64,000 bases of DNA, from the NCBI GenBank assembly GCA_964016885.1, contig OZ024742.1, forward strand, positions 358,050,001-358,114,000, given 5' to 3'. The notes beneath the pieces were generated by a model that did no database searches, had not been told where the DNA came from, and saw only the letters and a program-made list of their open reading frames with translations. The position numbers and the translations under genes were made by a program. This stretch comes from Eledone cirrhosa (taxonomy: Eukaryota). Positions 63,571-64,000 of the stretch are shown here, in pieces (positions within the stretch are counted from its first letter, which is position 1; the number at the start of each line of letters is the position of its first letter).

Positions 63571-64000
63571 ACTGGAAGAAATTGTCTATGTTCAGATTTG
63601 GTGAGGGATGAGCTCTGCCAAGTTGAAATACCCAAGACACACACTAAGTACCCCTTCTAAGCCATCAGGATCTAAGGGCCTATGACATGCCATGGGCCCT
63701 TAATATTAACAAGTTTTAGAGTTAAGGACTTTAAACCTGATAGTTTATACAAATATCAATAAATCATTGCAGTATTTTTAAAAATCTATTTCAAGTTTGG
63801 TAACATTTGTTGAGCAAACATTGGAAGAAAACAAATTGATGAAAACCATATTATTTAATTCTGTCTTTCTGTGTGTCAGTGTCTTTGTAAATTTGTGTGA
63901 TCGTATAAATATATATATATATATATATATCATCAGATTAGCATGGGAGGGGGTGTTCCGAGGCTATAGTATCTAGAATAAGGACGGATTGGAAGAAGTT

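Overview
AT-rich, microsatellite-laden eukaryotic DNA with no convincing host gene. It is probably intronic or intergenic cephalopod (octopus-like) sequence; that assignment is an inference from the SINE/RTE repertoire. Almost everything recognisable is transposon-derived: RTE-clade LINEs (one with a ~2 kb open RT frame at 36.8-38.85 kb, plus many 3' tails), a near full-length but disrupted Tx1/L1-like LINE (52.8-57.8 kb), CR1- and CRE-type fragments, a Neptune-like Penelope element (RT thumb + GIY-YIG), tRNA-derived SINE families, and hAT-, piggyBac- and Tc1/mariner-type MITEs. The most striking signal is a set of type I hammerhead ribozyme motifs (about 9 complete, partial or decayed). Several lie inside short non-coding fold-back elements from mostly unrelated sequence families that share one architecture: hammerhead core, inverted copy of the 3' end, one-sided extension, and insertion mostly at TA/TATC microsatellites. 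One is a perfect 506-bp palindrome with a 13-bp TSD. Two minisatellites were generated from LINE reverse-transcriptase coding motifs. All structures and coordinates were read by eye and need computational confirmation.
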